DNA of 64,000 bases from an uncultured Pseudomonadota bacterium (GTDB taxonomy: Bacteria > Pseudomonadota > Alphaproteobacteria > Rs-D84). The position numbers were made by a program, and so were the translations under genes. The stretch covers positions 20,535-84,534 of the forward strand of contig CASFOK010000001.1 of the NCBI GenBank assembly GCA_949296475.1, read 5' to 3'. Under the pieces are notes generated by a model, which worked only from the letters and a program-made list of their open reading frames with translations, was not told where the DNA came from and made no database searches. Below are positions 39,296 to 49,012 of the stretch, in pieces (the first letter of the stretch is position 1; each line of letters begins with the position of its first letter).

Positions 39296-39371
39296 TGGCA
39301 TCCCCAACAGGAATCGAACCTGTATCAAAGGTTTAGGAAACCTCTATTCTATCCAGTTGAACTATGGGGAC
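39296..39371 (-). tRNA. tRNA-Arg (anticodon CCU)
   Basis: Hand-folded cloverleaf. Acceptor GUCCCCA/UGGGGAU (G1-U72), anticodon loop UUCCUAA, T-arm ACAGG-UUCGAUU-CCUGU, encoded CCA. Confidence 0.8.
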
Positions 39372-39457
39372 GAATGTTTATTATTTTATTCATAGATTTT
39401 AATATTGCAAGTTGTAATGACGATTTGTATAATATCGCAAGTAAAAAAGGAATTTAT

Positions 39458-40396
39458 ATGGGAAGTAGATTGATTGGATACGGTTCTTATTTGCCCGAAC
39501 GTATTATGACCAATCAAGATTTTGAAAAAATTATGGATACCACGGACGAGTGGATTGTTCAACGTACTGGCATGCGTGAACGTCATTTCGCGCGCGAGGA
39601 TGAAACCGTTGTTGATATGGCCGTGATCGCCGCGCAAAGGGCCCTGAAAAATGCGGGGTTGACAATCAATGACATTGATATGCTGATGGTTGCAACCACA
39701 ACGCCGGAATTGGACTTTCCGTCGGTTGGAGTACAAGTTATGGGGCGTTTGGGTTCCACAAATAATGCGCCGGCTTTTGACATTCGCGGGGCTTGTACGG
39801 GTTATATTTATGCGTTGCACTGCGCGCGCGCGTTTTTTACGGCTGGTATGCACCATCGGATAATGTTAATCGGTGCAGAAAAAATGACGCGGTTTATTGA
39901 TTGGACTGACCGCAGTACTGCTGTTTTGTTTGGCGACGGGGCGGGGGCGCTGATATTTGAACATTCTACGTCCAGTTATTCGGGTATCATAGATACTGTC
40001 GTTATGTCTGATGGGAAAGAATTTGATATGTTACACGGTTCCCCAGACCACAGAATCATAATGAACGGACCAGAAACTTATAAAAAAGCCGTAACCTTGA
40101 TGCCAGAGGCGGCAAATTACATTATGGAACATGCAGGTATTACGGCAGATAATGTTGATTGGATAATACCGCATCAGGCAAATTTGCGTATAATTCAAAG
40201 TGGCGCGGCAAGGCTTGGTTTCCCGTTGGAAAAAATATTGGTAACGGTTGATAAGCATGCAAACACCAGTGGTGCATCGGGTGTTTTGGCTTTGTCTTAT
40301 GCTTTTGATAACGATATAATCAAGAAGGGTCAACTGATACTGTACCCCGCATTTGGCAGTGGTCTAACGTGGGGCGCGGCTTTAATTAGGGTGTAA
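39458..40396 (+). CDS. fabH: 3-oxoacyl-ACP synthase III
   Basis: Strong FabH match including the active-site Cys region. ATG at 39458 (MGSRLIGYGSYLPE). Confidence 0.9.
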   Translation: MGSRLIGYGSYLPERIMTNQDFEKIMDTTDEWIVQRTGMRERHFAREDETVVDMAVIAAQRALKNAGLTINDIDMLMVATTTPELDFPSVGVQVMGRLGSTNNAPAFDIRGACTGYIYALHCARAFFTAGMHHRIMLIGAEKMTRFIDWTDRSTAVLFGDGAGALIFEHSTSSYSGIIDTVVMSDGKEFDMLHGSPDHRIIMNGPETYKKAVTLMPEAANYIMEHAGITADNVDWIIPHQANLRIIQSGAARLGFPLEKILVTVDKHANTSGASGVLALSYAFDNDIIKKGQLILYPAFGSGLTWGAALIRV

Positions 40397-40399
40397 AAA

Positions 40400-40687
40400 A
40401 TGGCAACAATAACAAGAAGTGATTTAGCAAATCGTTTGCGTGAACAGCACGGATTGACAATGTCTGATGCGTATAAGTTAATAGATATAATTTTTGAAGA
40501 AATTCGCGAGTCTTTAATTAACGGTGAAGAGGTTAAGTTTGCGGGCTTTGGCAGTTTTAAAATTTTAACCAAACCGCAACGTATGGGGCGGAACCCAAAA
40601 ACAGGGGTCCCGGCAGTCATTACCGCGCGCAAGGTTGCGTCTTTCAAAGCAAGTACTGAATTCAGACAAAGGGTTGCAAAAAAATAG
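40400..40687 (+). CDS. ihfA: integration host factor subunit alpha
   Basis: 95 aa of the HU/IHF family, with GFGSF and RNPKTG arm motifs. Follows fabH as in other alphaproteobacteria. Confidence 0.85.
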   Translation: MATITRSDLANRLREQHGLTMSDAYKLIDIIFEEIRESLINGEEVKFAGFGSFKILTKPQRMGRNPKTGVPAVITARKVASFKASTEFRQRVAKK

Positions 40688-40730
40688 GCGCCGGTTAACG
40701 TTAAAACAGGTTGTTTAATAAGATACAAAT

Positions 40731-40763
40731 AAAAACACCGAGGAATCCCGGTGTTTTTATTTT
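40731..40763. terminator. bidirectional terminator between ihfA and the M13 peptidase
   Basis: aacaccg-aggaatc-ccggtgtt hairpin flanked by A- and T-runs. Confidence 0.65.
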
Positions 40764-42758
40764 CTACCACAATTTTATACGATTTTCCGGTGCAACATAT
40801 AACTTATGTGTTGGTTGTATATTAAATGATTCATACCATGCGCTTATGTGCGGTAAAATGCCGTTAACGCGCCATTGTGCCAAAGAATGCTCGTCTATTT
40901 TTGTCAGTCTTAACGCTTCTTCGTCACGAATGTTTTGTGACCATGCGCCGGCATAAGCGATAAAGAATCTTTGGTCGGGGCTAAAACCGTCAACAGTATC
41001 GGGTTGGGTGCCAAAGTTTTTATATGCGGTAAATGCGATTGTTACCCCGCCGTAATCTGCCAAGTTTTCGCCCAATGTAAATTCGCCATTTGCAAAAATG
41101 CCCGGTGCAATTTCTATTTTATTAAAGAAGTCTTTTAATACGTTTGCACGTACCTCAAAACCTTTTGCGTCATCGGTTGTCCACCAGTCTTTTAAGTTTC
41201 CGTCTTTATCAAATTGACGGCCGGAATCATCAAAGCCATGTGTCATTTCGTGACCTATTACACTGCCGATTGCGCCATAGTTGAACGCATCATCTGCAGT
41301 CATGTCAAAGAACGGCGGTTGTAAAATTCCCGCTGGGAAACAAATTTCATTTGTTGAAGGGTCATAATAAGCGTTGACTTCGTGTGCGTTCATGTACCAG
41401 ATGGTTGGGTCCTTTTTTTTGCCAATTTTGTCCAGCCAAAACGCGTCTTCAAATTTTGAAACGTTTACCATATTGTCCCATAACGACTTGTCCGCGCTTA
41501 TTTCAAGTTTTGAATAATCGCGCCATTTGTCTGGATATCCGATTTTGGCTTTAAATGTCCCCAGTTTTTCAAGTGCTTTCTTTTTAGTTTCATCCGACAT
41601 CCAATCAAGGTCTTTTATTCTTAATGCGTATGCGCGTTGCAGGTTCTTTACTAATTCTTGCATGCGTTCTTTTGCTTTGGCTGGGAAATATTTTTTTACA
41701 TATAAACGACCGATTTCTTCGCCCAGCGATGAATCTAGTAAACTGACGGCCCTTTTCCACCTTGGTTTAGGTTCTTTTTGTCCCGCCATAGTTCTGTTAT
41801 AAAAATCAAATGATATGTTATACGAAGTGTCATCTAATAAAGTATCTGCAGAACTTATAATACGATATTTTAAATATGTTTTAATTAATTCTAAATCAGT
41901 ATCGTTCATTATAGCGATAGATTCAGTAATTGCTTCTGGTTGATTAATGTTTATATATTCTGCTGCGCTGGCACCACGTGATTGTAGATATGTATCCCAA
42001 TCAAAGTTTTTAAATTGTTCTTTTACTTCCGCAACAGACATTTTGTGATAATTTGCATGTGGGTCGCGTAATTTTTCTTTTGGATAAAAAGATTTTGCCA
42101 TGCGTTCTTCCAACGCGTATAGTTTTTCTACGTCAACAGGTACACCGAAATTATCCATTTGTTTTTTTATAAAATCTTTATATTTTTTTCTAATTTCTAG
42201 TGTCTTGTTATCTGTGTCAAAATAGTAATCACGGGACAGCCCCAGTCCACCTTGACCAATATTATACAAATAGTATTCGCTGTCTTTTTCATCCAGTGCA
42301 ACCCCGTCGCCCCAAAAAGCAGACGAAAAAGTATGCATCTTTCCGAGATATTCTGGTAATTGCTCTTTTGATTTTATTTCGTCTATTTCTGCAAGGTATG
42401 GTTTAACTGGATTAGTTTTGTCCGCGTTTAATTTTTTTTCGTTCATTACAATTTGGTACAGCGTACCTATTTTCCCGTTATCTGTTTCTGCAATTTCACG
42501 AACGCGTTTCAGGTTGTTTTCATTTATGATTTCAAAAGCCCCGTATCTTGTATAATCATCAGGTATAGGGTTTGCTTTTCGCCACCCAAGCGTTGCATAA
42601 TCAAAAAAGTTATCACCAGGATTTACAGATAAATCCATATTTTCCAGTTTTATACCTGCGTTCATACTTTTCTCCTTTTGTGCGGTAGTAAACCATGCCG
42701 CTATAATCGCTATTAATACAGCAAATATGCCTATTATATTCAGTGTTTTATTCTGCAT
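40764..42758 (-). CDS. pepO: M13 family zinc metalloendopeptidase (PepO/neprilysin-like), membrane-anchored
   Basis: HEMTHGFDD zincin motif, N-terminal TM anchor, 664 aa. Confidence 0.85.
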   Translation of the reverse strand: MQNKTLNIIGIFAVLIAIIAAWFTTAQKEKSMNAGIKLENMDLSVNPGDNFFDYATLGWRKANPIPDDYTRYGAFEIINENNLKRVREIAETDNGKIGTLYQIVMNEKKLNADKTNPVKPYLAEIDEIKSKEQLPEYLGKMHTFSSAFWGDGVALDEKDSEYYLYNIGQGGLGLSRDYYFDTDNKTLEIRKKYKDFIKKQMDNFGVPVDVEKLYALEERMAKSFYPKEKLRDPHANYHKMSVAEVKEQFKNFDWDTYLQSRGASAAEYININQPEAITESIAIMNDTDLELIKTYLKYRIISSADTLLDDTSYNISFDFYNRTMAGQKEPKPRWKRAVSLLDSSLGEEIGRLYVKKYFPAKAKERMQELVKNLQRAYALRIKDLDWMSDETKKKALEKLGTFKAKIGYPDKWRDYSKLEISADKSLWDNMVNVSKFEDAFWLDKIGKKKDPTIWYMNAHEVNAYYDPSTNEICFPAGILQPPFFDMTADDAFNYGAIGSVIGHEMTHGFDDSGRQFDKDGNLKDWWTTDDAKGFEVRANVLKDFFNKIEIAPGIFANGEFTLGENLADYGGVTIAFTAYKNFGTQPDTVDGFSPDQRFFIAYAGAWSQNIRDEEALRLTKIDEHSLAQWRVNGILPHISAWYESFNIQPTHKLYVAPENRIKLW

Positions 42759-42762
42759 TTTT

Positions 42763-43821
42763 TCACCTCGTTAAGTTTAACAGTAAATCGTCTAAAATCA
42801 ACATACCTTTTTGGGTCGCAACAAGTCTTTGTTCAGTGGTTGTCATTAATAAGTCAGGATTTTGATGTATAAATTCTTGGTTTATAATTTGCGTTATATC
42901 AGAATCAACCTTTACCCCGCGCACTTGGCGAAGTCCGGTGATAAGTCTTTCTATGGCGCGGGTTTGATTTGAAATTTTTTCAAATTTTTGTCTGTTACCC
43001 ATTTGTTCGTACCAAATGTTATCTATTAAAATTCGTCCTGCGGCACCTTGACCTATGCCAATATAAGGTTCGCCGTCCCACACGTTTTGATTGTGTCGGC
43101 ATTCTTCACCTGGTTTTGCGTAATTAGAAACCTCATATCTTGGTAGGTTTAATGTTTCTGCGATTGCAATATACATATCTGCCATTTCGTTATTCGTCGG
43201 CATTTGTAAGTTCATTTTACTAAAGGGCGTATGGGGTTCTATTGTCAGTTCATATAAAGAACAGTGCGAAATACCCAAAGAGTTGATGTCTTTGCAGGTT
43301 TTTATTATGTCGTGCACGTTTTCGTTCGGCAGGCCGTACATAAAATCCGCGGAAACGCGCAACCCCATTTCTTTCGCGCAGTCTAATAATTTTATTGCTT
43401 GTTGTGCGGTATGTATTCTGCCCAAGAATTTTAACTTGTCGTCATTTAACGATTGTATGCCAACCGACAGTCTGTTAATGCCAGCGCTTGTAAATTCGGA
43501 TAACTTTGTTTTATCCAATGTGCCTGGGTTTGATTCCAAGGTAATCTCGCACCTGGATGTAATATTAAAGCATCGTTGAATGGCGTTTATGATATGTTCA
43601 AATACTTTTATCGGCATCAATGATGGGGTGCCGCCGCCGAAAAATATGCTAGGGACAGATATTTTTCCAAGTTTTTGTTCCCAGTATTTTATTTCGCCTG
43701 TAATATCTTTCGCGTATTTATCCCAGTCTGGTTGTGCACAAGCGCGCGAAAAAAAAGCGCAATATTTACACTTTGATAAACAAAAAGGTACATGAATATA
43801 TATATTATGAGGCACGTTCAT
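42763..43821 (-). CDS. hemW: radical SAM heme chaperone HemW (coproporphyrinogen oxidase-like)
   Basis: CxxxCxxC motif (FCLSKCKYCAF) near the N-terminus. 352 aa. Confidence 0.85.
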   Translation of the reverse strand: MNVPHNIYIHVPFCLSKCKYCAFFSRACAQPDWDKYAKDITGEIKYWEQKLGKISVPSIFFGGGTPSLMPIKVFEHIINAIQRCFNITSRCEITLESNPGTLDKTKLSEFTSAGINRLSVGIQSLNDDKLKFLGRIHTAQQAIKLLDCAKEMGLRVSADFMYGLPNENVHDIIKTCKDINSLGISHCSLYELTIEPHTPFSKMNLQMPTNNEMADMYIAIAETLNLPRYEVSNYAKPGEECRHNQNVWDGEPYIGIGQGAAGRILIDNIWYEQMGNRQKFEKISNQTRAIERLITGLRQVRGVKVDSDITQIINQEFIHQNPDLLMTTTEQRLVATQKGMLILDDLLLNLTR

Positions 43822-43932
43822 ACGCTTATTTTATCTAAAAAGCCTATAAAATCCAGCGTTTCGTGTATAAATAAGAAAAATACTTTTTATGATGTTTTTT
43901 TTATGATATAATGCATAATAATAATTGTAGGA

Positions 43933-45414
43933 ATGAGAGTCAGTGTAGTTTCTTTGTTAAGTGTTTTTTTTATGCCTTTCGTTGCGTTGGCGTCTAACGA
44001 GGGGGTGCCTTCTTATTATCAGAACAATTCAACAACGACGGTTAATCGTTCGGCATATAATCAATATCAGCGACAAGGATACACGACATATGTTGGTCAA
44101 TCGGGGGGCAAGCAAATTGTTGAAAGTCGTTCTTACTCTTATCAGGTTCCGCGACCGGTGGTCCCGCAAATTAGCGGTACGATGACGACGAACGGTATTG
44201 CGATGCCTGTTGCCGAAGAAGCGGCAACATCTGTATATGCTAAATATGCCAGAAGATTTGCAGATTTTGAATTTGAAACAGGTGTAAATTCCGTCTTGGA
44301 ATGGGATGATATGATTTACAATGAAATTGGTGTTGGCGTACAACATAATTTCAGTTTGCGTAATTTTGATATGTTTGCTTACGGTGAATATAGTATGGGG
44401 TATATGTCACATGGTGGACTGTCCATGGATTATGACTTAAAGCCGTATGATGAATCAGACCCTTCTTATGGAATTTTCACTATTTCTGTTGGCGATCAGA
44501 CGGGCAAGACAAATCACTTGAAGTTAGGAATCGGCGCACATCATATTTGGGACATTGGCGGATGGAAGTTATCCCCGTCGTTTGGTTATGAAATTTTCAA
44601 TCATAACTTGGAAATGTCAGATCATTTGTATCCCAACCCTGGCATCTTTTTACCGTTAATGACGAACATGGGCGACTATGTTTACGGTGATGTAAATGGT
44701 AATTATTATGCTTTACCCATAAATATGGAGGCACCAGAAGATTGGTATCAGGTGTGTATGTCACCGGAAGATATAAAACTGGTTCAGGCCCCCGCAGGTG
44801 GTGCAATAATTGACCTGGGGACAGAGTTGGTAACCGGCGATTACAATCCGGATATGGGGTATGTACCATGGGGTGTAGATTCTGGTGAATGTGTAATTAT
44901 TGGCGGTGATGGTCCTATACTTGTAGACGGTACTACGCATATTTATAATACTACGTGGAGCGGTTTTTATATCGGGCTTGAGATAGAAAAACAAATGACC
45001 CTTGTTGACAAGTTGCGTTTTTATTTCCAGGTTGGTTTGCCGAAATATTCATCCGAAGGTATCTGGCCAAACAGAACGGATTGGCAACAAAACCCCAGTT
45101 TTATAGATGAGGGTAGTAACGGTGCGTACTCTTATACCGCGGAAATGGAGTATAACTATAAATTATCAGACCGTATGCAATTGGCAATAAAAGTAGATAC
45201 CGATTATTTCTATGTCGGAAAAATCGGCGGGGAATTATATTTGGCGGAATATAGTCAATATTTAGTTGATGAAAACGGTTTTTACATATTGGACGATAAC
45301 GGTTTCCCAATTTTAGAAACTGTGCCGGCCAGCACGCAGTATATCAGCGAGCAGTTAAAACACGCTGCGTGGCAATCGTTTGGTTTGCATATCGGAATAA
45401 AGTATTCTTTCTAA
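43933..45414 (+). CDS. putative outer-membrane beta-barrel protein
   Basis: Signal peptide. Gly/Tyr-rich. C-terminal ...IGIKYSF. Confidence 0.5.
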   Translation: MRVSVVSLLSVFFMPFVALASNEGVPSYYQNNSTTTVNRSAYNQYQRQGYTTYVGQSGGKQIVESRSYSYQVPRPVVPQISGTMTTNGIAMPVAEEAATSVYAKYARRFADFEFETGVNSVLEWDDMIYNEIGVGVQHNFSLRNFDMFAYGEYSMGYMSHGGLSMDYDLKPYDESDPSYGIFTISVGDQTGKTNHLKLGIGAHHIWDIGGWKLSPSFGYEIFNHNLEMSDHLYPNPGIFLPLMTNMGDYVYGDVNGNYYALPINMEAPEDWYQVCMSPEDIKLVQAPAGGAIIDLGTELVTGDYNPDMGYVPWGVDSGECVIIGGDGPILVDGTTHIYNTTWSGFYIGLEIEKQMTLVDKLRFYFQVGLPKYSSEGIWPNRTDWQQNPSFIDEGSNGAYSYTAEMEYNYKLSDRMQLAIKVDTDYFYVGKIGGELYLAEYSQYLVDENGFYILDDNGFPILETVPASTQYISEQLKHAAWQSFGLHIGIKYSF

Positions 45415-45426
45415 GAAGGTGTTCAT

Positions 45427-46506
45427 ATGGCAGTTAAAAGTGTTGTTGCGCGCCTTTGTGGCGTTGCGTTGTTTTGTGTGGCCCCGCTTAACTTGTGGGC
45501 GGGTGCCGGCGTTTTTGATATAGACAGATGGTATGCGATAATTGAAGATATCAAAGGCAAGGCCGCCAGTCAGAATATTTCGCAAGATACGATAAATGCG
45601 ACATTTCGTTCGCCGGCGTTTATACCTTCTATTGTAAAAAGCGACAGAAATCAAGCAGAGTTTAAATTAACCTTGGATGGGTATTTGGCGCGTACAGTTA
45701 ATCAGCGCAGAATTACAGAAGGTAAAAAAATGCGTCAAACTTATCCTACAATGCTATCGCGGGTAGAGCAGAAACATGGCGTTCAACCACATGTGATATT
45801 GGCGTTTTGGGGTTTGGAATCCAATTATGGCGCTAATAAAGCACGTCATAAATTAACGGATGCGTTTTTGACTTTGATGTATGAGGGGCGCAGGCAAGAG
45901 TTTTTTGAAAAGCAGTTATTGGCACTGATGAAAATAGCAGATGATAATGAATTGGACATAAATGATATTCAAGGCAGTTGGGCGGGCGCGATGGGGCACT
46001 TTCAGTTTATACCGACAACATTGATGCAGTATGGTGCAGACGGTAACGGCGACGGTAAAATAGACATTATTCATAGCGTTGGCGATGCAATGTTTAGTGC
46101 TGGCAACTATTTAAATCGCCTGGGTTGGAACGAGAACGAAAAAATAGTTCGCAAGGTTGTCATACCAATTAATTTTGATACGTCTTTATTGGACGGCAAA
46201 ACAAAAAAGAATTTGTCAGATTGGGCGAATATGGGCGTTACGAATCCTGACGGCAGTCCGTTACCTGTTATGGATATGACGGCTGGTTTGGTGGCGGATA
46301 TAAATATGATTAACGATGCCAAGGCTACGGCGATTGCGCACAGTAAATCAAACGTCATAGACCCGAATGCGATTGATACTGATGTTGCCCCACAACCTGT
46401 TGTTGTTGCTTATTTAACATACCCCAACTTTTACAGGATAAAACGTTGGAATAATTCTAATTGGTATGCGATAGCGATTGCGACATTGGCGGATGAATTG
46501 AAATGA
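45427..46506 (+). CDS. lytic murein transglycosylase (MltB/SLT_2 family)
   Basis: ILAFWGLESNYG motif, signal peptide. Confidence 0.8.
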   Translation: MAVKSVVARLCGVALFCVAPLNLWAGAGVFDIDRWYAIIEDIKGKAASQNISQDTINATFRSPAFIPSIVKSDRNQAEFKLTLDGYLARTVNQRRITEGKKMRQTYPTMLSRVEQKHGVQPHVILAFWGLESNYGANKARHKLTDAFLTLMYEGRRQEFFEKQLLALMKIADDNELDINDIQGSWAGAMGHFQFIPTTLMQYGADGNGDGKIDIIHSVGDAMFSAGNYLNRLGWNENEKIVRKVVIPINFDTSLLDGKTKKNLSDWANMGVTNPDGSPLPVMDMTAGLVADINMINDAKATAIAHSKSNVIDPNAIDTDVAPQPVVVAYLTYPNFYRIKRWNNSNWYAIAIATLADELK

Positions 46507-46607
46507 TTTGCTTTTTGTCCTATTTTTTGGTATAATTATGTTTAGTAAATCGCCGAATTGGGCGATTTTTTTTATGTCCAAAAACTTCAAACTAAAAGGA
46601 TTATAAT

Positions 46608-47063
46608 ATGTCTCGTCAAGTTCAGTTCAGGCGCGGCAGTGCTGTTGAACACGATAGTTTTATCGGCGCCGAAGGCGAAATAACCGTAGATACAACAAAC
46701 AATACGTTGCGGGTTCATGATGGTGTTAACCCCGGCGGTTTTGCCTTGGCGCGTCAAGATTTAGTTGGTGATACCGTTGTTGATACTTTTGTATCCGAAG
46801 ATGGTGCTTTTTGGTATCGTAAATATAAGTCAGGCTGGCTAGAACAAGGGGGGATTTCTGTTAGTGCGAATATCATTTTTCCGGTGTCTTTTATGAATAC
46901 TAAATATACAGTCATGGCGTTGCCGGTAATGATTGACGGCGGTGTTGGAACGATATCCGTAAGTTACGCCAACAAGATAAAAACAAGCATAAGCATACAA
47001 GTTCGTTGGAATGGTGGTGCCGTAGATGATGCGTCCAGAATGTGGTTCGCATGCGGTTTTTAA
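46608..47063 (+). CDS. phage tail-fibre-like small protein (Mtd_N-like N-terminus plus tail-collar-like C-terminus)
   Basis: QFRRGSAVEH...GAEGEITVDTTNNTLRVHDGVNPGG matches the RRGT...GE...DT...DG tail-fibre N-motif. C-terminus ...MWFACGF. Confidence 0.5.
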   Translation: MSRQVQFRRGSAVEHDSFIGAEGEITVDTTNNTLRVHDGVNPGGFALARQDLVGDTVVDTFVSEDGAFWYRKYKSGWLEQGGISVSANIIFPVSFMNTKYTVMALPVMIDGGVGTISVSYANKIKTSISIQVRWNGGAVDDASRMWFACGF

Positions 47064-47107
47064 TATGTGATAAACATACCAGTGCACATGTTGCACTGGT
47101 ATGCGGG

Positions 47108-48199
47108 TTAAAGTTTGCGTTTTCTTTTCTTTCTTATAGGTTGTATAAGTCCAAAGGTGATTATATTTAATATAGAATATTTGATATCATGTATTAAAAT
47201 GTATCTAGCAAGTTTAAAATATTTGCGTTTTACACACCATATTACTATGCGGTTGCTTTTTTTTATATAAATTTTAGGCATTAATTTAGAATCATATAAT
47301 TCATTCATTATGTTTGAAGATATATCGTATAAAGATGTTTTATTTTGTTTTAGAATATCTATAACACCCATATCTATAATATACTTTATAATAAATTTAT
47401 GTGCTTTTAAATATAAAGGGTAAGAATATTCATTGCTATTCTGCAATGATGCAACAGCATGTGTTAAAGCGTTTTTGCCAGATAACATAATCAACTTATT
47501 AGTCTTTTCTCCGCTGCGGCATAAACTGTTCGGAGATATTCTAAAATATACAATTGTATTATCAATTTCTACGAAGTTTTTTATATTGCTTATAACATCC
47601 GTCATAAATATGCCGTCTTCAAAGGCGTTTATTGTATCTACAGGGAAAGAAATTCCATTAATAGCTTTTTTTCTATACATCTGTCTCCACACAGTTACCC
47701 ATGGATAATCAGGATTATATAAATAATTATTTAAAAAATCTGGTATAGGGTTTGTATATAAGTGAAACGTTGTTAATTCTTGTGGCGAGGTAAATGTATT
47801 AAGTAAAGGGGTGTAATGAAATTGCGCTGATACGGGTATTAAACGTCCGCCTATTCTGTCGGCATCAGTCATTTTGGCTACAGTATATAAAACTTCCATG
47901 GCGTTTTGCACAAGGCAATCGTCGCTATCTAAAAACATTATATATTCACCGGAAGTTTTTTTTATGCCGATGTTTCTAGCTGTTGATACACCGCCGTTTT
48001 GTTTAAATATTTTGATAAAGCGTGGATCTTTTTTTATAAAAGAGTTTATGATATTTCTTGAATTATCAGTAGAACCATCATCTACTATTATACATTCCCA
48101 ATTAGTAAATGTTTGGTATAAAATAGAATTTAATGCATCATGTAAATATTTATCGTTATTATAATTTGCCACTATTATTGAAATTATTGGTTTTTGCAT
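47108..48199 (-). CDS. glycosyltransferase family 2
   Basis: SIIVANYNNDKYL...IIVDDGSTDNS. Confidence 0.8.
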   Translation of the reverse strand: MQKPIISIIVANYNNDKYLHDALNSILYQTFTNWECIIVDDGSTDNSRNIINSFIKKDPRFIKIFKQNGGVSTARNIGIKKTSGEYIMFLDSDDCLVQNAMEVLYTVAKMTDADRIGGRLIPVSAQFHYTPLLNTFTSPQELTTFHLYTNPIPDFLNNYLYNPDYPWVTVWRQMYRKKAINGISFPVDTINAFEDGIFMTDVISNIKNFVEIDNTIVYFRISPNSLCRSGEKTNKLIMLSGKNALTHAVASLQNSNEYSYPLYLKAHKFIIKYIIDMGVIDILKQNKTSLYDISSNIMNELYDSKLMPKIYIKKSNRIVIWCVKRKYFKLARYILIHDIKYSILNIITFGLIQPIRKKRKRKL

Positions 48200-48999
48200 T
48201 GTTTTTCTCCTATGGTGACCAATAAGTATCCTTGATGAATATTATCTTGGGTGGGCAGATTCATATAAATGTCTGATAGGGATTTTTTTAAATCAGATGC
48301 TGGTAAAAAGGCCAAAGCGAAAGGTAAATCAATAGTATATTCTTTTATATTTGTTAAACCAGCATAAATAAACAGATCCTTTTGAGTATATTTAGGGTTT
48401 TCTTCACCTGCATTCCAGGAATTAGTTCTTTCTGCTATTTCTTTTCCTATACGATAAGCGATGGATGCTGCGTTTGGAACCATTGATATAACAAGATTGT
48501 TAGAAATTCTAGCGTTTTCGTTAATTATAAATTGTGCATCTTGATTTGAAAAATGTTCTAGTACACCGGCGTGCCAAACGATGTTGAAAAAATTATCTGG
48601 TAACGGTAGTTTTTTTGTTATATCTGCACATACAGTATTAACTTTTAAATTTAAATCATTTGCAATGTTTGCAAATGTTTTGCACATTTTTTTTGAATAA
48701 TCTAAGCCAGTTACAATGCGATTACGTTTAGCTAAGTATAAAGAACTGGCGCCCAAGGCACATCCGATTTCTATGATTTTATCGCCAGGTTTTGATATCT
48801 TTTCTATTTCTAGAGTCCACTCATTTAAAAAATCGTTATTTTTTATTTGGTTTATAAGTATTTGTTGTTGTTCGTCGTGAGCATTTGACCAAGCTTCGTC
48901 ATTTAATTTTTTATAAATATGACGAGGTTGCTTTTTTATGTGTTGTAATAATGTTGCAATGTTATTTGATTGCGGTTCTTTTTTGTGAAATAGTTTCAT
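48184..48999 (-). CDS. class I SAM-dependent methyltransferase
   Basis: IIEIGCALGASS motif I. The ORF may extend to 49035. Confidence 0.7.
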   Translation of the reverse strand: MKLFHKKEPQSNNIATLLQHIKKQPRHIYKKLNDEAWSNAHDEQQQILINQIKNNDFLNEWTLEIEKISKPGDKIIEIGCALGASSLYLAKRNRIVTGLDYSKKMCKTFANIANDLNLKVNTVCADITKKLPLPDNFFNIVWHAGVLEHFSNQDAQFIINENARISNNLVISMVPNAASIAYRIGKEIAERTNSWNAGEENPKYTQKDLFIYAGLTNIKEYTIDLPFALAFLPASDLKKSLSDIYMNLPTQDNIHQGYLLVTIGEKQCKNQ

Positions 49000-49012
49000 T
49001 ATTATGTACCTT

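Noticed and set aside
29340-39371. Calling the plsX-fabH block an active mobile element
   Set aside because: No integrase, transposase, IS inverted repeats or obvious att direct repeat could be identified by eye. Only synteny disruption and tRNA adjacency support an island origin.
39374-39457. N-terminal 28-aa extension of fabH, and a possible long start of the MerT-like ORF reaching 39328
   Set aside because: FabH homology starts at MGSRLIGYG. The extended MerT start would overlap the tRNA-Arg gene.
47076-47102. Hairpin ataccagtgca-catgt-tgcactggtat as a terminator between the tail-fibre-like gene and the glycan operon
   Set aside because: Perfect stem but no adjoining T-run on either strand. 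It may be a stabilising stem-loop rather than an intrinsic terminator.
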